A stretch of 64,000 nt of DNA, taken from assembly GCA_964016885.1 (NCBI GenBank), contig OZ024762.1:29884001-29948000 (forward strand), in the 5' to 3' direction. Each line of letters starts with the position of its first letter. The first letter of the stretch is position 1. Below the pieces are notes generated by a model that made no database searches, had not been told where the DNA came from, and was given only the letters and a program-made list of their open reading frames with translations. The stretch is from Eledone cirrhosa (taxonomy: Eukaryota). A program made the position numbers and the translations under genes. Below, piece by piece: positions 43,351 through 51,800 of the stretch.

Positions 43351-43756
43351 CCACATTTACAGTGTGGACTGGGAGATTTTTACCGTGTTGCCTACACGGC
43401 CACATTACAGCGTGGACTGTCTGGCGGGTTTTCTACGGCTGGATGCTATTCCTAACACCAACCACATTTACAGTGTGGACTGGGAGATTTTTACCGTGTT
43501 GCCTACACGGGCACATTACAGCGTGGACTGTCTGGCGGGTTTTCTACGGCTGGATGCCCTTCCTAACACCAACCACATTTAGTGTGGGGTTGCGAGGTTT
43601 TTACTGTGTTGCCTACACGGCCACATTACAGCGTGGACTGTCTGGCGGGTTTTCTACGGCTGGATGCCCTTCTTAACACCAACCACATTTACATTGTGGA
43701 CTGGGAGATTTTTACCGTGTTGCCTACACGGCCACATTACAGCGTGGACTGACTGG

Positions 43757-45410
43757 TACCGGAAGCTATCCACCACTTCTATAGCGCCCTCTCGCATTTG
43801 AAAAATGTGTCTATCAGTGCGACTTCTACTGTCTAACTTCCCTGTACATCTACTGCATACATATTTCTCCCTACCTGTTAGTTTGCCTGCTATCCCGCTA
43901 CATCTCTTGTGTACCCAGGACCTACATTGTGTGCATTTTATAGAATTTATGCCAGTTCCTTTTCTGCATATCGAACATGGCCATTTCCCTGACGGAATCA
44001 GGGTTTTGTCCTCTTTTCTACTCATCAACACTTTTGTCTTAGCTAGATTTACTCTCAGTCCTCTTGCTTCCAACTGCTGTTTCCATAGCCGGAATTTATT
44101 CTCTAGCTCCTCTACTGATTCTGCCATAAGAGCCAGATCGTCAGCATAGAGAAGTTCCCATGGACAGCCAGTCTTAAACTCCTCTGTTATGGCTTGGAGG
44201 ACTATAATGAACAAGAGCGGGCTGAGGACCGAACCCTGATGTACTCCTACTTGTATCTGGAATTCCTCACTAAACTCCATTCCTACCCTGACTTTACTGA
44301 GAGTACCTCTGTACAAAGTTTGCACTGTCCTTACAAGCCATTCCTCAACACCCAGCTTCCTTAGGGACCACCAGATGACAGATCGGGGTACCCTATCAAA
44401 GGCCTTCTCTAGGTCAACAAAGGCTAAGTATAGTGGCTTATTCTTCTCTAAGAACCTCTCTTGCATTTGTCTCACCAAGAAGAGGGCATCTGTTGTACTC
44501 TTCCCAGGCACAAAACCAAACTGCATCTCATCTAGTTTGACCCTTTCTCTAATTAGTTGTGCTAAAATCCTTTCTGCCACTTTCATAACCTGATCTATCA
44601 GTTTTATACCCCTATAATTGCTCCTCTCCAAAGCATCCCCTTTACCTTTGTAGCAATTTATGAGAATACTGCTGCACCAGTCTTTGGGTATGACACCACC
44701 ATATATAGCCTGATTGATTATGCGTGCAACCAGTTTAGTGCCTACGTCCCCTGATGCCTTCAGCATCTCAGCAACTATTCCCGATGGTCCGGCCGCCTTA
44801 CCATTTTTCATTTCCCTAATCGCCTCTTGGACCCTATATTCGTCAATCTCAATAGCTGGTCCCTCTGTCGGATCTACCAAGGGTAATTTCTCTCTCTCCC
44901 ATTCGTTCTCCACATTCATCAGTCTCTCATAATGACATTTCCAGGCCTCCTTTTTCTGGTCATTCGTGACACTAAGTACACCGGCATCATCCCGGACACA
45001 TTTATCACCAACAACATCCTGATTTGCATTGACACACTGCCTTGCAATGTGGAACACCGCACGCCTCTGATCTTCCCGTCGCAGAACATTGGCAAACCTC
45101 CTACTCTCTGCCTCCCTGCGTGCTAAGTACACCTGACGTCTAGCTTCTCTCTTAGTGGCTGTATATTCTTCCCTACTCCCACCCTTATTCCAAGCCTTCC
45201 ATGCTAGTCTTTTGTCTCTAATAGCCTTATCTACACTGCTGTTCCACCACCAGGTCACTCTCTGTCTGGTTGGAGCTCTGCTCCAGCCACAGGTTTCATC
45301 AGTAGCCTTCAGCAAGTTGTCACGTAAGAACTTCCAGTTATTATCTATGTCATACGTCTCTAAATCGTCTTCTTTTTCGTCATATACATCTTGAAGGGCT
45401 TTCCTAAATT
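43757..45410 (-). mobile_element. RTE-clade non-LTR retrotransposon (LINE) internal fragment, truncated at both ends
   Basis: The minus-strand frame encodes a linker with TWWWN followed by non-LTR RT motifs in order: GKAAGPSG, YKGKGDALERSNYRGIKL, QFGFVPGKST, FVDLEKAFDRV, GVHQGSVLSPLLF, YADDL (YADD at 44137-44148), GLRVNLAKTK and VDSFRY. No AP endonuclease, C-terminus, 3' tail or TSD is present. The clade call rests on motif recognition. Confidence 0.92.
43846..43977 (-). other. PHD-type (C4HC3) zinc finger coding segment inside the RT polyprotein
   Basis: The translation CSIC-RKGTGINSIK-CTQC-RSWV-HKRC-SGIAGKLTGREKYV-CSRC has Cx2C...Cx2C-x4-Hx2C...Cx2C spacing. It also has W two residues before the His and an aromatic residue before the last Cys pair. 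Confidence 0.85.
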
Positions 45411-45426
45411 TGAATTTTAATATATA

Positions 45427-45493
<67 letters not shown>

Positions 45494-45751
45494 CTAACTC
45501 CTATATATATACACACACACCTATATATATATACACACACATATATTTATATATACACACACCTATATATATATATATATACACACACTATATATATATA
45601 TATATATATATATACGTATACACACACCTATATATCTCTATATATATATACACACACACACACACACCTATATATATATATATATATACACACACTATAT
45701 ATACATTTAAAATTAATAATTTAACGTCGGTAAGTTCAAGATAACCATGCA

Positions 45752-45784
<33 letters not shown>

Positions 45785-45787
45785 GCA

Positions 45788-45829
<42 letters not shown>

Positions 45830-45833
45830 TGTA
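45411..45833. repeat. Compound (TA)n/(CA)n/(TG)n microsatellite
   Basis: A pure TA run spans ~45432-45482, followed by repeated ACACACC-TATATA units to ~45705. A ~40-bp unique AT-rich spacer then precedes two ATGCATGTGTGTG(TA)n units, ending in TATAGGTGT. Confidence 0.97.
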
Positions 45834-48800
45834 TCATTTAAGTTCATGGTACTAGCTGTCAGAAGTAACTCCACTGTTGGTGAGAATTCAGTTAAGTTCA
45901 TGGTATTAGTTGTCAGAAGTAACTCCACTGTTGGTGAGAATTAATTTAAATCATGGTATTAGTTGTCAGAAGTAACTCCAATGTTGGTGAGAATTCATTT
46001 AAGTTCATGGTACTAGCTGTCAGAAGTCACTCCACTGTTGGTGAGAATTCATTTAAGTTCATGGTACTAGCTGTCAGAAGTAACCCCAATGTTGTGGAGA
46101 ATTCATTTAAGTTCATGGTATTAGCTGTCAGAAGTCACTCCAATGTTGGTGAGAATTCATTTAAGTTCATGGTATTAGCTGTCAGAAGTAACTCCACTGT
46201 TGGTGAGAATTCATTTAAGTTCATGGTATTAGCTGTCAGAAGTAACTCCACTGTTGGTGAGAATTCATTTAAGTTCATGGTATTAGCTGTCAGAAGTAAC
46301 TCCACTGTTGGTGAGAATTCATTTAAGTTCATGGTATTAGCTGTCAGAAGGAACTCCAATGTTGGTGAGAATTCATTTAAGTCATGGTACTAGCTGTCAG
46401 AAGTAACTCCACTGTTGGTGAGAATTCATTTAAGTTCATGGTATTAGCTGTCAGAAGGAACGCCACTGTTGGTGAGAATTCATTTAAGTTCATGGTATTA
46501 GCTGTCAGAAGTAACTCCACTGTTGGTGAGAATTCATTTAAGTTCATGGTACTAGCTGTCAGAAGTAACTCCAATGTTGGTGAGAATTCATTTAAGTTCA
46601 TGGTATTAGCTGTCAGAAGGAACTCCACTGTTGGTGAGAATTCATTTAAGTTCATGGTATTAGCTGTCAGAAGTAACACCACTGTTGGTGAGAATTCATT
46701 TAAGTTCATGGTACTAGCTGTCAGAAGTAACTCCACTGTTGGTGAGAATTCAGTTAAGTTCATGGTATTAGTTGTCAGAAGTAACTCCACTGTTGGTGAG
46801 AATTAATTTAAATCATGGTATTAGTTGTCAGAAGTAACTCCAATGTTGGTGAGAATTCATTTAAGTTCATGGTATTAGCTGTCAGAAGTAACTCCACTGT
46901 TGGTGAGAATTCATTTAAGTCATGGTATTAGCTGTCAGAAGTAACTCCATTGTTGGTGAGAATTCATTTAAGTCATGGTACTAGCTGTCAGAAGTAACTC
47001 CACTGTTGGTGAGAATTCATTTAAGTTCATGGTACTAGCTGTCAGAAGTAACTCCACTGTTGGTGAGAATTCATTTAAGTTCATGGTACTAGCTGTCAGA
47101 AGTAACTCCACTGTTGGTGAGAATTCATTTAAGTTCATGGTACTAGCTGTCAGAAGTAACTCCACTGTTGGTGAGAATTCATTTAAGTTCATGGTATTAG
47201 CTGTCAGAAGTAACTCCACTGTTGGTGAGAATTCATTTAAGTTCATGGTATTAGCTGTCAGAAGGAACTCCAATGTTGGTGAGAATTCATTTAAGTCATG
47301 GTACTAGCTGTGAGAAGTAACTCCACTGTTGGTGAGAATTCATTTAAGTTCATGGTATTAGCTGTCAGAAGGAACGCCACTGTTGGTGAGAATTCATTTA
47401 AGTTCATGGTATTAGCTGTCAGAAGTAACTCCACTGTTGGTGAGAATTCATTTAAGTTCATGGTACTAGCTGTCAGAAGTAACTCCAATGTTGGTGAGAA
47501 TTCATTTAAGTTCATGGTATTAGCTGTCAGAAGGAACTCCACTGTTGGTGAGAATTCATTTAAGTTCATGGTATTAGCTGTCAGAAGTAACTCCACTGTT
47601 GGTGAGAATTCATGTAAGTTCATGGTACTAGCTGTCAGAAGTAACTCCACTGTTGGTGAGAATTCAGTTAAGTTCATGGTATTAGTTGTCAGAAGTAACT
47701 CCACTGTTGGTGAGAATTAATTTAAATCATGGTATTAGTTGTCAGAAGTAACTCCAATGTTGGTGAGAATTCATTTAAGTTCATGGTACTAGCTGTCAGA
47801 AGTAACTCCACTGTTGGTGAGAATTCATTTAAGTTCATGGTATTAGCTGTCAGAAGTAACTCCACTGTTGGTGGGAATTCATTTAAGTCATGGTATTAGC
47901 TGTCAGAAGTAACTCCATTGTTGGTGAGAATTCATTTAAGTCATGGTACTAGCTGTAAGAAGTAACTCCACTGTTGGTGAGAATTCATTTAAGTTCATGG
48001 TACTAGCTGTCAGAAGTAACTCCACTGTTGGTGAGAATTCATTTAAGTTCATGGTACTAGCTGTCAGAAGTAACTCCACTGTTGGTGAGAATTCATTTAA
48101 GTTCATGGTACTAGCTGTCAGAAGTAACTCCAATGTTGGTGAGAATTCATTTAAGTTCATGGTATTAGCTGTCAGAAGTAACTCCACTGTTGGTGAGAAT
48201 TCATTTAAGTTCATGGTACTAGCTGTCAGAAGCAACTCCACTGTTGGTGAGAATTCATTTAAGTTCATGGTACTAGCTGTCAGAAGTAACCCCAATGTTG
48301 GTGAGAATTCATTTAAGTTCATGGTATTAGCTGTCAGAAGTCACTCCACTGTTGGTGAGAATTCATTTAAGTTCATGGTACTAGCTGTCAGAAGTAACCC
48401 CAATGTTGGTGAGAATTCATTTAAGTTCATGGTATTAGCTGTCAGAAGTCACTCCAATGTTGGTGAGAATTCATTTAAGTTCATGGTATTAGCTGTCAGA
48501 AGTAACTCCACTGTTGGTGAGAATTCATTTAAGTTCATGGTATTAGCTGTCAGAAGTAACTCCACTGTTGGTGAGAATTCATTTAAGTTCATGGTATTAG
48601 CTTTCAGAAGTAACTCCACTGTTGGTGAGAATTCATTTAAATCATGGTATTAGTTGTCAGAAGTAACTCCAATGTTGGTGAGAATTCATTTAAGTTCATG
48701 GTACTAGCTGTCAGAAGTAACTCCAATGTTGGTGAGAATTCATTTAAGTTCATGGTATTAGCTGTCAGAAGTAACTCCACTGTTGGTGAGAATTCATTTA

Positions 48801-51800
48801 AGTTCATGGTATTAGCTGTCAGAAGTAACTCCACTGTTGGTGAGAATTCATTTAAGTTCATGGTATTAGCTGTCAGAAGTAACTCCACTGTTGGTGAGAA
48901 TTCATTTAAGTTCATGGTATTAGCTGTCAGAAGGAACTCCAATGTTGGTGAGAATTCATTTAAGTCATGGTACTAGCTGTCAGAAGTAACTCCACTGTTG
49001 GTGAGAATTCATTTAAGTTCATGGTATTAGCTGTCAGAAGGAACGCCACTGTTGGTGAGAATTCATTTAAGTTCATGGTATTAGCTGTCAGAAGTAACTC
49101 CACTGTTGGTGAGAATTCATGTAAGTTCATGGTACTAGCTGTCAGAAGTAACTCCACTGTTGGTGAGAATTCAGTTAAGTTCATGGTATTAGTTGTCAGA
49201 AGTAACTCTACTGTTGGTGAGAATTAATTTAAGTTCATGGTATTAGCTGTCAGAAGGAACTCCAATGTTGGTGAGAATTCATTTAAGTCATGGTACTAGC
49301 TGTCAGAAGTAACTCCACTGTTGGTGAGAATTCATTTAAGTTCATGGTATTAGCTGTCAGAAGTAACTCCACTGTTGGTGGGAATTCATTTAAGTCATGG
49401 TATTAGCTGTCAGAAGTAACTCCATTGTTGGTGAGAATTCATTTAAGTCATGGTACTAGCTGTCAGAAGTAACTCCACTGTTGGTGAGAATTCATTTAAG
49501 TTCATGGTACTAGCTGTCAGAAGTGACTCCACTGTTGGTGAGAATTCATTTAAGTTCATGGTACTAGCTGTCAGAAGTAACTCCAATGTTGGTGAGAATT
49601 CATTTAAGTTCATGGTATTAGCTGTCAGAAGTAACTCCACTGTTGGTGAGAATTCATTTAAGTTCATGGTACTAGCTGTCAGAAGTAACTCCACTGTTGG
49701 TGAGAATTCATTTAAGTTCATGGTACTAGCTGTCAGAAGTAACCCCAATGTTGGTGAGAATTCATTTAAGTTCATGGTATTAGCTGTCAGAAGTCACTCC
49801 AATGTTGGTGAGAATTCATTTAAGTTCATGGTATTAGCTGTCAGAAGTCACTCCACTGTTGGTGAGAATTCATTTAAGTTCATGGTACTAGCTGTCAGAA
49901 GTAACCCCAATGTTGGTGAGAATTCATTTAAGTTCATGGTATTAGCTGTCAGAAGTCACTCCAATGTTGGTGAGAATTCATTTAAGTTCATGGTATTAGC
50001 TGTCAGAAGTAACTCCACTGTTGGTGAGAATTCATTTAAGTTCATGGTATTAGCTGTCAGAAGTAACTCCACTGTTGGTGAGAATTCATTTAAGTTCATG
50101 GTATTAGCTGTCAGAAGTAACTCCACTGTTGGTGAGAATTAATTTAAATCATGGTATTAGTTGTCAGAAGTAACTCCAATGTTGGTGAGAATTCATTTAA
50201 GTTCATGGTACTAGCTGTCAGAAGTAACTCCAATGTTGGTGAGAATTCATTTAAGTTCATGGTATTAGCTGTCAGAAGTAACTCCACTGTTGGTGAGAAT
50301 TCATTTAAGTTCATGGTATTAGCTGTCAGAAGTAACTCCACTGTTGGTGAGAATTCATTTAAGTTCATGGTATTAGCTGTCAGAAGTAACTCCACTGTTG
50401 GTGAGAATTCATTTAAGTTCATGGTATTAGCTGTCAGAAGTAACTCCACTGTTGGTGAGAATTCATTTAAGTTCATGGTACTAGCTGTCAGAAGTAACTC
50501 CAATGTTGGTGAGAATTCATTTAAGTTCATGGTATTAGCTGTCAGAAGGAACTCCACTGTTGGTGAGAATTCATTTAAGTTCATGGTATTAGCTGTCAGA
50601 AGTAACTCCACTGTTGGTGAGAATTCATTTAAGTTCATGGTACTAGCTGTCAGAAGTAACTCCACTGTTGGTGAGAATTCAGTTAAGTTCATGGTATTAG
50701 TTGTCAGAAGTAACTCCACTGTTGGTGAGAATTAATTTAAATCATGGTATTAGTTGTCAGAAGTAACTCCAATGTTGGTGAGAATTCATTTAAGTTCATG
50801 GTACTACCTGTCAGAAGTAACTCCACTGTTGGTGAGAATTCATTTAAGTTCATGGTATTAGCTGTCAGAAGTAACTCCACTGTTGGTGAGAATTCATTTA
50901 AGTCATGGTATTAGCTGTCAGAAGTAACTCCATTGTTGGTGAGAATTCATTTAAGTCATGGTACTAGCTGTCAGAAGTAACTCCACTGTTGGTGAGAATT
51001 CATTTAAGTTCATGGTACTAGCTGTCAGAAGTAACTCCACTGTTGGTGAGAATTCATTTAAGTTCATGGTACTAGCTGTCAGAAGTAACTCCACTGTTGG
51101 TGAGAATTCATTTAAGTTTATGGTACTAGCTGTCAGAAGTAACTCCACTGTTGGTGAGAATTCATTTAAGTTCATGGTATTAGCTGTCAGAAGTAACTCC
51201 ACTGTTGGTGAGAATTCATTTAAGTTCATGGTACTAGCTGTCAGAAGTAACTCCACTGTTGGTGAGAATTCATTTAAGTTCATGGTATTAGCTGTCAGAA
51301 GTAACTCCACTGTTGGTGAGAATTCATTTAAGTTCATGGTATTAGCTGTCAGAAGTAACTCCACTGTTGGTGAGAATTCATTTAAGTTCATGGTATTAGC
51401 TGTCAGAAGGAACTCCAATGTTGGTGAGAATTCATTTAAGTCATGGTACTAGCTGTCAGAAGTAACTCCACTGTTGGTGAGAATTCATTTAAGTTCATGG
51501 TATTAGCTGTCAGAAGGAACGCCACTGTTGGTGAGAATTCATTTAAGTTCATGGTATTAGCTGTCAGAAGTAACTCCACTGTTGGTGAGAATTCATTTAA
51601 GTTCATGGTACTAGCTGTCAGAAGTAACTCCAATGTTGGTGAGAATTCATTTAAGTTCATGGTATTAGCTGTCAGAAGGAACTCCACTGTTGGTGAGAAT
51701 TCATTTAAGTTCATGGTATTAGCTGTCAGAAGTAACTCCACTGTTGGTGAGAATTCATGTAAGTTCATGGTACTAGCTGTCAGAAGTAACTCCACTGTTG

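Larger units (their letters stand above)
1..43756. repeat. 111-bp tandem satellite array (~394 monomers, open at the left window edge)
   Basis: Consensus TTACAGTGTGGACTGGGAG(G/A)TTTTTACCGTGTTGCCTACACGGCCACATTACAGCGTGGACTGTCTGGCGGGTTTTCTAC(G/A)GCTGGATGCCCTTCCTAACACCAACCACAT repeats head-to-tail without interruption (e.g. monomer 123-233). Recurrent 112-bp (GGAACTGG, GGGGCTGG) and 110-bp (TTTAGTGTGGGGTTGCG) variants occur. The array ends abruptly at ...GGACTGACTGG (43756). Confidence 0.99.
43654..45540 (-). pseudogene. Chimeric 628-codon ORF: ~43 microsatellite-derived codons + ~550 aa of RT polyprotein + ~34 satellite-derived codons
   Basis: The frame has no internal stop or frameshift. However, the N-terminus (MCVYIY...) is a translation of the TA/CA microsatellite, and the C-terminus (QSVHAVMWP...IQP*) is the reverse complement of the last 111-bp monomer. 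Confidence 0.75.

Noticed and set aside
16-43676. Hundreds of plus-strand ORFs with 37-aa repeats (VDWEVFTVLPTRPHYSVDCLAGFLRLDALPNTNHIYS and MPFLTPTTFTVWTGRFLPCC...)
   Set aside because: A period of 111 = 3 x 37 keeps frames open automatically. Frequent 110/112-bp monomers shift the frame and stop-creating variants are propagated, so there is no coding constraint.
1-43756. Self-cleaving ribozyme (hammerhead, twister, HDV-like) in the satellite monomer, as in retrozymes or newt/schistosome satellites
   Set aside because: I found no CUGANGA...GAAA core on either strand. CCTAACAC resembles a twister start, but the remaining conserved elements are absent. I could not build an HDV nested double pseudoknot by eye. 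An Infernal/Rfam scan or an in vitro cleavage assay would settle it.
43805-45394. Short plus-strand ORFs (43805, 44375, 44714, 44932, 45155)
   Set aside because: They are antisense shadows of the RT frame with no recognisable motifs.
43757-45410. Telomerase, retron, group II intron or DGR-type RT with a repeat template
   Set aside because: The motifs (KGKGD...NYRGIKL, QFGF, DLEKAFD, QGSVLSP, YADD) are those of non-LTR retrotransposons. There are no TTAGGG-type repeats and no bacterial context.
45728-45745. TAAGTTCAAGATA in the unique spacer resembling the 54-bp unit (TAAGTTCATGGTA)
   Set aside because: The exact match is only 8 bp in AT-rich sequence, which is compatible with chance.
45410-45944. 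YI/HT-rich ORFs
   Set aside because: They are translations of the TA/CA microsatellite.
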